Source: Chiloscyllium plagiosum
Lineage: Eukaryota
Reading direction: 5' to 3'
DNA: 64,000 nt
NCBI RefSeq assembly: GCF_004010195.1
Contig: NC_057711.1
Coordinates: forward strand, 73,717,399 to 73,781,398
Shown: positions 42,495-55,299 of the stretch, piece by piece
Layout: each line of letters opens with the position of its first letter
Position numbering within the stretch: position 1 is the first letter of the stretch
Position numbers and translations under genes: made by a program
Notes under the pieces: generated by a model
The model's database searches: none
The model's input: the letters and a program-made list of their open reading frames with translations, nothing else
What the model was told of the DNA's origin: nothing

Positions 42495-43705
42495 GTAAGG
42501 GTTGGACTCAAAGCTTTATTTTATCTGTATGTATTGTCAAATTTTGATAAAAATCGATATCTCAAAAAGGCATTGGCACTTAAATCTTTATTTGGTAATT
42601 ACATCAATATTTGTGCAATTAAATATTATTAATTGGTTTATGGGTAAAGCCACACTCTTTGAATATTAGCTTAATACAGCTTCTACACCATCAACATTGA
42701 GTAGTATTGCATTGGAAAGGAATTTCGCAGTTTTAACTTTTGATAATTTTTGAAAGCTCTGCAGGAAATGTTCACTAATGTAATGCAACAATTCAAATTA
42801 AAGTTTGAATTTACTCCTTAATGATTGCAAGAGCAAATTTGTAACAGTATTTTCTGCAATAGTTTAGCAAGATGTTGGAGAAAATTGAATGAAATTTTGT
42901 ACTCTGATGGCTGCAATCTGCTAGGGGTAATTGGAAAATAGTGGGAAAATAATTTGTTTACTGAATTTTCTCACCCAACTTCTCTTTCTTTTTTGGAAAT
43001 GTAGAGTCAAAATTATATTATCATAATGGAGCAACCATCTCTATTGTGTTAAGTGAGGGGCTGAGTGGTCAGATTTTTCGATCTCCAGGATGATTATTTA
43101 TTCACGTTTGCAAAACATCGCCTATAATGCTGATATCCAAAAACAAATGCTGCAGTCATAAAGCGACTCAGTTATCATAAGTAACTGTATTACAAACCTA
43201 TACAATTGAAGTAGATACATTTATTTTAAGAACACCTCTGTTCTCCATCACCTTAATTGTTCACTCCGTTTCCTACGTATTCTGGTTATATATTGATAAA
43301 TATCAAATATGTTTCGTCTGACTGGGTTAGTGTTATCTTCTGCTCTCTACTGAACTGAAAAATTTAATTGACATGTTTTCCAGTTTGTGTTCATTTTTCC
43401 TTCACATGATCCACATCTGGCACATCCCTTCCATCCCTTGATCTATCTGTCTCTATTTCTGAGGAACAGACTGTCTATTAATACTCACCATAAGTTCATT
43501 GATCCAACAACTACCTTGACTATTCTTCCATATACCCCACTGTGCACAGGCAAAAACAGCTATAATATTGTGAATAAGTGATTGTATATATTTATTAAAA
43601 TGCTTGTAAGTTATCATATTTTCACAAGGATTAATTATAAACCATTGAAAGAAAGGAGAATCAAATTTTATTTGAGATAAAATATTAGCATTTTCTTTTA
43701 CATAG

Positions 43706-43914
43706 ATCAAACAGTGGTTGAAAAGCAACCCAATGAAGCAACAAGAGCTAATGGAAAACATGGAAAAGAAATGACACTGGCACCACCACCCCCAAGAATG
43801 GTGGTAACAAAACCACCGAACTCAAGACAAGCCTCTCATATACCAGGACAGCCAAGATCTGGGACTCCAGGTCCAGGCCCACGTAGACCTGCTCCTGGTC
43901 AACCACGACATTGA
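43706..43914 (+). CDS. TMC2: TMC2-like terminal coding exon, Pro-rich tail, TGA stop
   Basis: ttttcttttacatag acceptor; phase 1 matches the previous exon. Encodes (D)QTVVEKQPNEATRANGKHGKEMTLAPPPPRMVVTKPP...PGQPRH*. Confidence 0.8.
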
Positions 43915-44428
43915 GGTGTGAGCCAAAAATGAAGCCATCTTTCAAATGCTCCTTGCTTCCACATGTATTTATGGTCCACATGTTCAGTCACACATTGGGG
44001 CATCATCTGAGCAATGTTTTACACAGATCAAAAATTGTCATACCTATCACTAGTAGACTTGCCATTTTCTATAAGAAGCATAGGTAACTTAATTGTAATA
44101 GTCTAAGTGCGATGAATTGCCTTTGCCTTAGCATTGACGTTTCTTGCTAAATTTGTTCAAAATCATTACAGTTTATGTTAACTTAGGTCCAGGTTTTGCA
44201 GCAAACCTAATGTAAAGGCAATGTTTTGCAAGCAAGTTGATTTGTTGAAAATTTGAGATGTCGATGTTGGTTCTATACTGATGGCGATTAGGAATGGTAC
44301 AAATTTAAGCACTAAGAATTATTGGTAGGAGCTTTGTATCTTATATTTCTCTAATGCTGGTGCATTATGCATCATTCCAGTCATAATCTTGTAATTGTTG
44401 TGGGTATTTATTTACTGTGAGATTGCAC

Positions 44429-44434
44429 AATAAA
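44429..44434 (+). promoter_or_regulatory. Candidate polyadenylation signal of the TMC gene
   Basis: AATAAA about 515 bp after the stop codon in AT-rich sequence; another occurs at 44860-44865. Confidence 0.45.
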
Positions 44435-46019
44435 ACTTGCTATATGTGGAGCAGTATGTCATTCAAAGTATTTAGAATGACTATTCCAGGACTAGTTGAA
44501 AAGTCAATTAGTCTAATTTCATATAATTTTGCTGTGTATATGACAGATTGCCTAATATAGGCAAAAGTGAGAACTGCAGATGCTGGAGATCAGAGTTGAG
44601 AGTGTCGTGCTGTGGAAAGGCACAACAAGTCAGGCAGCATCCCAAGAGCAGAAAAATTGATGTTTCGGGCAAAAACCCTTCATCAGGAGTATGTTAAATT
44701 TAAAGTTGTCCATTCAGAGACCAGCAAAACTTCTGGAGTGAGAAATTAAGTTGCTGTTTATCTGCAAATTCCACTGGCCGCTACAGTATAGCTAGAGAAT
44801 CCCCATGGGATGTTTGGTAAACTTTGTTTGGTACAGCCGAGAACAGAATATGCGGGAACAATAAAACATTGGACAGTGGAATCACTTGGGTCGTGACATT
44901 GGGATGTTTTGTGTTCCAGCATTCCATTTCAAACCAGCCAAGACTGCTCTGCCCTCACTGTTGTAACTTGTACATACTGCTTTTCAGATGTGTTAATTAT
45001 TCACACATCTCCATGAATGTGTCAGTGAAGGTGATAAAGATGAGCATAGTACATTCTCCAGGCTGTTGAGGATTGTGACAGGCAATGAAACTTGAGGAGA
45101 AAAACTTACCATGTGCATATTTATCCACACCAACCACTTTTGGAATAAATAAGTAGAAAATAAACATTCTAAATCAACTCTCTGGAAATGCATGTCCTAG
45201 ATCAATCTTATTGATAAGTGTCCTATTGTACTTGAGAGGTGATCATCTTGCTCTTCTAAGTGCAAACAGATCACAGCACTATTTGAACAGCAGTGTGTCC
45301 TGAAATATTACATGTCACACCCTGTGTTCCAGCATTCCAACTCAAACTAGCCAAATACCACTTGGTACACAAAGCAGAAAGAAAACCACAAGCGAGGCCA
45401 ATGTTTTTGTGTTGTGTATTATATCGTATTGGTGTGTTGGGAATCTCAAAATTCTATGTTGAAAGGAGACCGTGGATTCAAGAGGCTGCAGATGATCTAT
45501 AGATTTAAAAAAGTATTGAACAAGATTTATTAACCAATGTCTCAGAAATGTAATTAATATAAAAATAAGAGTGCCCAAACATGCTTAGAAGGTCTAGTAA
45601 TGTCTGTGAAGGAAATAGATAGGCTAGTATTTTGGGTGTAACTCTTCATCAATTGAAAACTGCAAAAAGGTAAGCCTTTTCCTGATATTGGAGATAACTT
45701 GAAAGCAACTCAATATGAAAGTAGATTGTCATGCAATAGGCAGAGCTAAGTGATCCCACAATCAAAGCTCTGCAGTCCTGCCACATCCAAACGTTAATTG
45801 GGGGGGTAGATAATTAAACAACTTACCAGAGAAGGAGGCTCCACAATCAAAGCTAGCCTCAATAATGGGGGGAGCCCAGCACATCAGAGGAAAACCTTTT
45901 CAGCCATCTTTAGCCAGAAGTGCTGAGTATGTGATTGATCTTAGCATCCTCCAGAGGCTCCCAGCAGCACAAGTGCCAATCTTCAATCAATTTGATTCAC
46001 TCCACAATTTGATATCAAG

Positions 46020-47400
46020 AGTCAGGATATAAAGGGAGTCAGGAGGCTGAGTTGAGTATGGTTGCCATTACAAAAGAGAAAGTGCTAGAAAAGCTAAAAG
46101 GTCTAAAAATTGATAAATCTCCTGGCCCTGATGGGTTACATCTAGAGTTCTGAGGGAGGTGGCTGAGGAAATAGCGGAGGCGTTGGTTGAGATCTTTCAA
46201 AAGTTACTGGAGTCCGGGAAAGTCCCAGATGATTGGAAGATCGCTGTTGTAACCCCCTTGTTCAAGAAAGGATCAAGGCAAAAGATGGAAAATTATAGGC
46301 CAATTAGCCTAACCTCGGTTGTTGGTAAAATTCTAGAATCCATCATTAAAGATGAAGTTTCTAAATTCTTGGAAGAGCAGGATCGGATTAGAACAAGTCA
46401 ACATGGATTTAGTAAAGGGAGGTCGTGCATTACAAACCTGTTGGAGTTCTTTGAAGACGTGACAAGTAGGTTAGACCGGGGAAACCCAGTGGATGTGGTC
46501 TACCCAGATTTCCAAAAGGTCTTTGATAAGGTGCCACANNNNNNNNNNNNNNNNNNNNNNNNNNNNNNNNNNNNNNNNNNNNNNNNNNNNNNNNNNNNNN
46601 NNNNNNNNNNNNNNNNNNNNNNNNNNNNNNNNNNNNNNNNNNNNNNNNNNNNNNNNNNNNNNNNNNNNNNNNNNNNNNNNNNNNNNNNNNNNNNNNNNNN
46701 NNNNNNNNNNNNNNNNNNNNNNNNNNNNNNNNNNNNNNNNNNNNNNNNNNNNNNNNNNNNNNNNNNNNNNNNNNNNNNNNNNNNNNNNNNNNNNNNNNNN
46801 NNNNNNNNNNNNNNNNNNNNNNNNNNNNNNNNNNNNNNNNNNNNNNNNNNNNNNNNNNNNNNNNNNNNNNNNNNNNNNNNNNNNNNNNNNNNNNNNNNNN
46901 NNNNNNNNNNNNNNNNGATGATCCCTGGAATGGTAGGTCGAACATATGAGGAACGGCTGAGGATCCTGTGATTGTATTCATTGGAGTTTAGAAGATTAAG
47001 GGGAGATCTAATAGAAACTTACAAGAAAACTACATGGCTTTGAGAGGGTGGATGCTAGGAAATTGTTTCCGTTAGGCGAGGAGACTAGTACCCGTGGACA
47101 CAGCCTTAGAATTAGAGGGGGTAAATTCAGAACAGAAATGCGGAGACATTTCTTCAGCCAGAGAGTGGTGGGCCTGTGGAATTCATTGCCACAGAGTGCA
47201 GTGGAGGCTGGGATGCTAAATGTCTTCAAGGCAGAAATTGATAAATTCTTGATGTCACAAGGAATTAAGGGCTGCGGGGAGAATGCGGGTAAGTGGAGTT
47301 GAAATGAGCATCAGCCATGATTGAATGGCAGAGTGGACTCGATGGGCTGAATGGCCTTACTTCCGCTCCTATGTCTTATGGTCTTATGGTCTTATGGTCT
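46020..47400 (+). mobile_element. Young CR1 LINE spanning an assembly gap, inserted into an older LINE
   Basis: ORF 46159 onward (NYRPISLTSVVGK...SQHGF...DKVP) and C-terminal ORF 47048-47302; (CTTATGGT)n tail at about 47375-47400. Confidence 0.92.
46539..46916. other. Assembly gap (378 N)
   Basis: Run of N bases. Confidence 1.
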
Positions 47401-49121
47401 AAGAGGCACTTGATATTGCAAAGGCAGCATTCCAGGAATAGTACTAAAGATTCGTGATTCAGATCTGTCAGTGCCCATTGTCGAATTGTTTCATGACAGC
47501 TGATGAGTGGTAAGTAACATTTGTGCATGAAATGAGCATCAATACCAAGCGAGAACTGAACTTTGGCCTCTGCGATTGAAGGGCATTATCTTTATTAAAT
47601 GTTGAGTATCAACATCCTGGGGGTAACCATTGATCAGAAACTGAACAAAAGTCATGGCAGGGAACACAACTCATAGTGGATACTTTGGCACTGGGTTCAG
47701 CCTTATCACTAGGTAATGCTTCCACATTTTCCACCCAGAGTCTCCTTATACCTCTCTCTTGCTGTATATGGACAGCTCATTTCCACCAATCTCTTTCCTT
47801 ATGTAAAAACCCACCACATAAAGTTCTGCCTTCAACTTTCCTTCTTGCCCCCTGAGCTCTGACATTACACTTTAAAGATGCCCAAAATAGCAGTAAGTCT
47901 TTCTACATTCCTTGGTAGAAAGCAGTCCTTTGACAAATTTGGTCCACAATCCAAAATAAAGGAAAATATAAAGATGTGAAGTAGAATCTGTTCGGGGCCT
48001 GTTTGCTGTGGCCTATGATGAGAAATCTGAAAGCAATGACATTTTTTGAAGTGAAGTTGTGTACATCACAACTTCTATAAGAAGCAATCTCACTCCAAAC
48101 TCAGTTATAGGGTCTTGCAGTGAAATTATGTGTCAAAACGTAGATATTGTTTTGGGCTTGTCCAATGTTTAGGCAAAAACCCTAACGTTGGCTGCATTTG
48201 TAGTGACAGAGCAGGACACATCTCAAAGAAATTCTGGTGCTTCTGTTCCACTTTGGTGAGATCTTATCGTTTTCCTTTGGTACTAAATTTGAAAATATAT
48301 TATAAAAGAATATACTTGTGATTATACTAGAAAGATGCAAGAAAATAAATCTCCATTAAATTATATAGAAGTTATCAATTCACAACCAGAGATATTTTGA
48401 ACTCAATATACTCAGTTTTGATTTCAAAATAGGAAGGTGAGAAGAAAAAAAATGTGAAGTAACGACTATTGTACTTATGTCGATTTTGCGTCAGGCTATC
48501 AAGCTAATGTCGACCCATCTCATTGTTTACAACTGATAGCTGTGTTTATCACAACAACTGATGTTCTAGAGGATAACTTATGTTAGATTTTAGTGATGTA
48601 CACAACTGCACTTCAAAAAATGTCATTGCATGCCTTGGGCTTTGAGACATTTCTGAGAGTCGTGATAAGGTGCTATACAATGCAAGTCTTCTTAAGTGGA
48701 GTTTAAAAAACTAGTGAACTCTCTCATTTATAGTATGGTTGAATTGTAGTGGAGATCTCATTGTTCTAGCTGAAAAATTTCTTTTTGACTTTTGCTTCGT
48801 GTTTGTTCAGTTATCTCAAACTAATGCATTTACCTCTTACTAAATCCACTCTGGCACCATTTATACAATTTTCTAACTATCAGAAATGATTGAAAAAATA
48901 GTGGGAACATTTTTTTTTGTACAATCTGTAGGATATCATTTGATAACTCAATTTCAGAGCAACTTGACAGTTGCCAAAAGAAGAAAATAAGTGCATGAAA
49001 AAAAATGGAACTTACATCATTTTGATTGATGGAGTCAGCTGAGCTGACTGTCTTTTTTAAATGACTAAAACCTCAAAAGTTATCAACAAAAGAAAATCCA
49101 AACTAAATATTTGTCAAACGT

Positions 49122-49127
49122 TTTATT
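49122..49127 (-). promoter_or_regulatory. Candidate polyadenylation signal of ALDH1A1
   Basis: TTTATT on + (AATAAA on -), about 210 bp after the stop codon. Confidence 0.5.
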
Positions 49128-49337
49128 TTCATTTCTGAACTGCTGTGTAACACAAACAGGTACATACTGTTTTGATACATTATTTATACTTTCTGGGGCA
49201 AAATATAGGCCTTCATAACTGATAAACTACACAGGTGAAACAGACACATTACGTTTGACTTTGGGTACATCCCAACAAGGTGAGGCTTTTAGACTTTTTG
49301 ATTTCTTCAGGCATAAAACATTTTAATTTAGAATATT

Positions 49338-49410
49338 TTAGCAATTCTTCTGTGGAATTTTGATGGTGATGGTCTTAATCTCGGTGTACTCCTGGAGACC
49401 ATATTCTCCC
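49338..49410 (-). CDS. ALDH1A1: ALDH1A1-like terminal coding exon 13
   Basis: gtctag acceptor; encodes [23 protein letters not shown] with a TAA stop; phase matches exon 12. Confidence 0.95.
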
Positions 49411-50717
49411 CTAGACAAAAAGAATAATATTCAGCAATTTTGCTCAGATAATTGTGTTCATTGTACTTGGAAATAACTGAGGAAGGAGTTTTCCAAAAGC
49501 AAGAGAAATATAAAGGCATTTGCAGCTTTAATTATAGGAATACCTGCTTTTTATCAATATATGAAAATGCTTCTTTCCCTCAAGGGGAGACAGGGAGTTT
49601 TATTATTCCTTAACTGGATGGAGGCACTGCTGTTTAAGTTAGCATTAATTGCCCATACTTAAATGCCTTTTAGAAAGTACTGATGAGCCAACTTTGCTGT
49701 AGTCTATACAGTGTAGGTACTATAATGATATTTGGAAGGGAGTTCCTGATATTAACCCTGTGGCTGTGAAGTATTGGCAACACAGTTCCAAGTGAGGAGG
49801 GGAACTTGCAAGTGGTGTTGTTCCCACCTTCTCGTCCTTCAAAATAGTCAATGCCAAGTCAAAGGATCCTTGGTGAGTTGTTGCAGGGCAATTTGTAGAC
49901 AGTATACATTGCTACCACAGCATATTGGTGATGGAGGGAGTGAGCATTTATTGTGGTGGATTGGTGGATTTTTGTTCACAACAGAAGACTTAAGATAAAA
50001 CTAAAGTAACTTTTTGTGCAAGTTAGTTTCAGGTTCCACCTGCATAGTGTGATCTAAAGCCAAAACAACCATGTTGACACTTTCAAAACCTTGAATTAGG
50101 ACGGAGATTATTTGGGGACAATTGCCTTGTTAGAAATCCCTTTAATAATTTTTGTTGTTGTTGGCTTACATGTCCTGGCAGCCTACAAGCTGAAAGTTTG
50201 ACACCCCCCACCAAAAGATGGGAATGGAGGTAATTTTAAAATACCAGCGCTGAATAGAATTATGATTTCAACACACTGGCAAAATTCAGGGTGTGAGTAG
50301 ATAGGAATCCTGCTTCCCCACCAAATCAGGTCAACTGTGACAGCATTGCAGCTTGGGCAAGGAAGGCAGCTTTAGACTGGAAGTCAGGTATGGTGGTCTT
50401 GGGGCAGGATCTAAGCCCTAGAAGAGAGCCACTGAGGGAAAGAGGACTTGTAAAGGGATACCCTTCCTCAAATCTCCATTACACGACCCTCCAGAGAGGT
50501 ACAGATCCGGGGAATGGTGAGATCCTGGAATGAGCAGTTTGCTGAGGGAAGTGCATCAGCAGTAGGTGAAAGGAATTGAAGACAAGGGAGGTAATACTGA
50601 ACAAAGAAGTAACATTATTACCTTCTATAATCCCTCCCAGATTGACATCAATGAGGTGAGGGTTGGCCTTACCTTGGATACCAGGTCTCTGGCTCCCCTT
50701 TGAGATTTTTTTTTAAC

Positions 50718-51026
50718 ATTAGATTACATTACAGTGTGGAAACAGGCCCTTTGGCCCAACAAGTCCACACCGACCCGCCGAAGTGCAACCCACCCATACC
50801 CCTACATTTACCCCTTACCTAACACTACGGGCAATTTAGCATGGCCAATTCACCTGACCTGCACATCATTGGACAGTGGAAGGAAACCGGAGCACCCGGA
50901 GGAAACCCACACAGACACGGGGAGAATGTGCAAACTCCACACAGTCAGTCGCCTGAGGTGGGAATTGAACCTGGGTCTCAGGCGCTGTAAGGCAGCAGTG
51001 TTAACCACTGTGCCGCCGTGCTGCCC
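50718..51026 (-). mobile_element. HE1/V-SINE-type SINE
   Basis: Near full-length reverse complement of the 34221 family. Confidence 0.88.
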
Positions 51027-51204
51027 ACTCTGTTGTTTTCCTCTGTTGAAATGGAAAGCTTTGGCACAGACCACAGATCTCTTCCACAAGATAACAAACA
51101 GCTTCGTTTTGACTGACTTGAAGGATCTGAATGACTCATACACTTCAGCTACCCCATGTACATTCCAGCCTTAAATGGCTCTGAACAGACACAAAGCCCC
51201 ATTA

Positions 51205-51286
51205 GGTAATGTGGCTGCATGGTCTAATGTGCTGGAATCAGGTTCCAGTCTCTTTGGAGTAATGGGTTTGAATCCAACTACTGCAA
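51205..51286 (+). pseudogene. tRNA-Leu pseudogene in the last ALDH1A1 intron
   Basis: 82 nt (GGTAATGTGGCTGCATGGTCTAATGTGCTGGAATCAGGTTCCAGTCTCTTTGGAGTAATGGGTTTGAATCCAACTACTGCAA) colinear without gaps with vertebrate tRNA-Leu(AAG/TAG) as recalled. Many differences are CpG transitions; the B-box is mutated (GTTTGAA). Confidence 0.75.
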
Positions 51287-53065
51287 TTGCACATATAGTC
51301 TGTCATTCAGATATTTTAGTATTGTTTAAGGCTATTGTGGCAGAGTTTCTTTATTAATTTGTAGGATGTAGCAATGCTGGTGAGGCCAGTATTTATTGTC
51401 TGTTCCTAGTTGCCCTTGAGAAGGTGGTGGTGAGCTGCCTTCTTGAACTGCAGCAGTCCACCTGCTGTGGGTTGATCCACAATGCCTTTAGGAAGGGAAT
51501 TGTAGGATTTTGACCCAGTGACAATGAAGTAATGGCAATATATTTCCATGTCAAATGGTGAGGGCAACTTGAAGTTGGTGATGTTCCCATATATCTCCTG
51601 TCCTTGTCCTTCCATATGGAAGTGGTTGTGGGTTTGAAAGGTGCTAAGGATCTTTGGGGAATTTCTGCAGTAGATAGCACACACTCCTGTTACTGAGCAT
51701 CAGTGGCGGAGGGAGTGGATGTTTGTGGATGTGGTGCCAATCAAGCAGGCTGCATTGTTCTGATGGTGTCGGAGATGCATCCATCCAGGTAAGTGGGGAA
51801 TATTTCATCATACTCCTTACTTGTGCCTTGTAGATGGTGCAGAGGCTTTGGGGAGTCAGGAGGTGAATTACTTTCCATAGTAATCCAAGTTTCTGACCTC
51901 CACTTTTTGCCACTGTGTTTACGTGAAGAGTCCAATTGAGTTTCTGGTCAATGATAAATCCAAACATATTGATAGTGGGGGATTAAATGATAGTAATGCC
52001 ACTAAATAACAAGGCATGGTGGTGAGATTGTATCTTATCGGAGACGTGTCTCTAGCTTTGGGCCAGGAGGCTTGTGTTAAGGTCCCATCTGCTCAAGAGG
52101 TGTGTGATAACGCATCTGAAAGTTGATTAAAAATATATAAAGGAAACTCTTCTCTATGTCAATAAGGGCTCAATCCTGCAGAAAATCTGAACTTAAATCA
52201 GTTTCCCTCCAGATCTGTGTTTCACAAACAAAATAAGAACCAGTTCAAGTTTCCCACCTCTGAGGTGAAAGTAGAGCTCTCCATCACTGCCGCTGTGATA
52301 TGTCGCTGCCATGTATATAGGTATGAGTGGTCATTTAAGGATTGTGGTAATTTAAAAATTGTAGCTTACAGAGTCCACATGAGCAAAAGAAAGGCTGACA
52401 AAGGTCAAAGGGAGAGGTGGAGCAAGGGACATGGGTTGGCTTGCATCACGGGCAAGGAGAGAAATCTCAGTTTGTCTGATTGATGCATTACTTTCCCTAC
52501 AAAGTCTGAAGGACCTTTCTTCCTGCAGTGCTGTATTTGACACTGATGCCCCTTATCAGCAGTGCATGTGCAGATATTTTCTGCGCTTGTCTTACGGCCA
52601 CTGAAGTCTGACAGGCTGCATCTCTGTATATACAGCATTATGTATAATCATTCCAAGTTAAAATATGTACATTGATCCCTTTAAGGAGAAACATGTTCAC
52701 ATACTTGTGATGTTGTGTAGATTAATGTTGATTCACCATAGCTAGGTGCATTAAGACACTGATAATGGCCTGCCTGCAGGATTGACATAAGCCTTTTAAA
52801 CAAATAAATTTCATGTTAAAATTAACATAATTCTCATCTGAACTTTAATCCTTGATTTTCTTCTCTCAGTGTTTTCAAATTTTCCCATCTTTCTGTAGAA
52901 CCCATGATTCTTCAAAGCAGAAAATATATTTACATCCCTCCCTCCACAAATGTGCATTTAATTAATTTCTGTTATATAAATTTCATACATTTTATAACAT
53001 GCAATGACATTGAACTAAACACGTGCTTCACTCTTAACTAGTAAATTTTTTTCAATGATACTTAC

Positions 53066-53140
53066 ATTTCTCTACCATTTCCAGACATCTTAAATCCCCC
53101 AAAAGGACTCTGAACGTGCATGGCATTGTAGCAATTGACC
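53066..53140 (-). CDS. ALDH1A1: ALDH1A1-like exon 12
   Basis: caatag and gtaagt; 75 bp. Encodes VNCYNAMHVQSPFGGFKMSGNGRE(M), with the ALDH1A PFGGFKMSGNGRE motif. Confidence 0.95.
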
Positions 53141-53215
53141 CTATTGAAATATTAATATGTTTAGCAATGCAATCAATGTAATTGGACTTCCAGTTCATTG
53201 AAATATTACCATGTA

Positions 53216-53498
53216 CAGTAGAACGTCGATTGTCCAAACGAGATGGGTGGGGAGTATTTTGTTCTGATAACTGATCGTTCGGATAATCAATCTGATTGTA
53301 AACAAGCAATAATTTGAGTGCCGGTTATCAAACATTCTTTGGTTATCTGACAATACAATCTGCCAATTCCGACCAGAATGCCGTTTAACTAATACCTGAA
53401 TGCTTAGTTGCCTAATGCCATTTTTACGGGACCTTGAGATCTTGTTCAGATAATCCAAAATGCAGATAATTGATGTTCGGATAATCCAGGTTGTACTG
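53216..53498. mobile_element. Tc1/mariner (Tigger/pogo-like) MITE
   Basis: TA|CAGTAGAACGTCGATTGTCC ... GGATAATCCAGGTTGTACTG|TA: imperfect terminal inverted repeats with a TA TSD and internal GGATAATC repeats. Confidence 0.8.
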
Positions 53499-53530
53499 TA
53501 CTGTAAAAAATAAATTCAAAAAATGCTTAC

Positions 53531-53688
53531 CACACAGTCCCAGCTTGAAGAGCTGAAGCAACAGTAAATGCTTTATTAATATCTTTGGTGAAAACAGCAG
53601 CAACCAAACCATAGTGGGTGTTGTTGGCTCTTTTGATAACTTCATCTACTGTTTTAAATTTGATAATTTGCTGTACTGGCCCAAAGAT
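53531..53688 (-). CDS. ALDH1A1: ALDH1A1-like exon 11
   Basis: tatag and gtaagc; 158 bp. Encodes [52 protein letters not shown](W). Confidence 0.95.
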
Positions 53689-53754
53689 CTATATTTTTTA
53701 TATAGAAAGAGGAAAAACATTGTTAAGAAGACAAGAATTAATTCACAAAATAAC

Positions 53755-53925
53755 CCAGAAATTGCTGGAGAAACTCAGCAGGTCTGGCTGTATTTATGGC
53801 GAGAAACCAGACTTAATATTTTGAGTCCACTGGCCACTCATCAGAACTGGACTCAAAATGTTAACTCTGTTTTCTTTTCACAGGTGCCGCTAGACTTGCT
53901 GAATTTCTCCAGCAATTTCTGTTTT
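53755..53925. mobile_element. Degenerate foldback Penelope-type element
   Basis: Inverted arms CAGAAATTGCTGGAGAAACTCAGCA / TGCTGAATTTCTCCAGCAATTTCTG; decayed CTGATGA core on the - strand. Confidence 0.7.
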
Positions 53926-54761
53926 TCTTTATATCAGATTTCCAGTACCGCCAGTTCTTCATTTTCTTTAAGAATTAACACACATCTACATTATTAATAT
54001 TTGTATTGTATTCACTTGTAGCATAAATATTTCATATTTAAAATCAATAATATTTAAAAGCATTGTTATATGAATTATGCCAGTTTAGCTTTTTTAAAAT
54101 CCAAATAATGCCATTTAAACACTTGCATGAAGAATATTGAACTGTTTTGGTCATTATATACAGTGACACAATAAACGCAATCAAAAATAAATTGCACATA
54201 ATTTCACTGCATCTAATTTTCACATTGGGGCAAATCTCATTTCTGTGGCAAACAATGTTTCTACTACATAGTGACACTAAACAATATCCATTTGTTACAA
54301 TGATTATAGCAAATAACAGCTGAAGCCACTTCAAAGGCTGAGAATTTTGCTTCTGGTTTGCGAGTTCAGAACTGGGAGTGGTGGCATGTCTTCATCCACA
54401 AGCTGACCCGGAAAAAAGTGGACCAGCATGATGAGTTTTCATTCCAATTTGTGGGGAACCCTCGGATGTCTTCTGGGGACCCCGGGAAGAGATTGGGAGT
54501 TGCCTGGTGCACAGTGAGGCTGCACAAGACTATTTTAGTGCACCAGCAGAATATTGAAGTTTAATTAACAAAAAACACTCCTCTCATTCTCCATACTGCC
54601 CATGCCTTCTCCATGTCAACTCATCCTACCTTATGCTTCTACCAAACCCGTGTTCCTCCATGTTATGCCCCCCAAATCCCACATGGGACCTCATACCCGG
54701 CATGCCAACATTTGTCATTTCACCCATTCCCATGCCCTTCATAGCTATTATGACAAATTAA

Positions 54762-54962
54762 GTTAAAAATCACACCAGGTTATAGTCTAACGGGTTCATT
54801 TGGAAGCACTAGCTTTCGGAGAATACTTATACTCCACAACCACCTGATGAAGGAGCAGTGCTCTGAAAGCTAGTGTTTCCTAATAAACCTGTTGGACTAT
54901 AATCTGGTGTTACGTGATTTTTAACTTTGTACACCCCAGTCCAACACCGGCACCTCCAAATC
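54762..54962 (+). mobile_element. Foldback Penelope-type insertion with a minimal hammerhead and 12-bp TSD
   Basis: TSD ATGACAAATTAA at 54750-54761 and 54963-54974; inverted arms; CAC-CTGATGA-aGGAGCagtGCTCT-GAAA-GCTA-GTG. Confidence 0.82.
54841..54875 (+). ncRNA. Minimal type-I hammerhead ribozyme motif
   Basis: Stem I CAC/GTG, CUGAUGA box, stem II GGAGC/GCUCU, GAAA box, palindromic AGCU in place of stem III, CUA cleavage triplet. Confidence 0.6.
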
Positions 54963-55299
54963 ATGACAAATTAATGCCAACTCATGCCAACCCATTCCCT
55001 ACCAACTACCTTTTGTCTCAACATCTAACATGGCAACTCAACTAACATTCATCATGGAAAGACCTCAACTCCCACGCAGAGATTAGATGAATTAAATTTC
55101 TGTGCCTACTGTAGACAACTATATTGGAAAGAAAAACCACTCTCATTCACAAAACGCCATTTGAGTTTGCAGCTTTGCTACTCAATTTTGACAGGATTAT
55201 TGACAGTTCTAATGAGCTTAACAGTAATGGGTTTAGGCATTTATATGCACATTCACGCCTGCTCTTAACAATTCCACAGGGCATCTGACCTCTATCAAA

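Noticed and set aside
46430..46981. Long ORFs spanning the N run
   Set aside because: Artefacts of the assembly gap.
49016..49065. Possible small - strand exon (ttttag...gtaagt)
   Set aside because: Lies downstream of the ALDH stop and polyA signal, with no recognisable homology.
49338..49352. ALDH C-terminus QKNC instead of the usual QKNS, as a possible lipidation signal
   Set aside because: A terminal Cys is not a CaaX motif; most likely a simple substitution.
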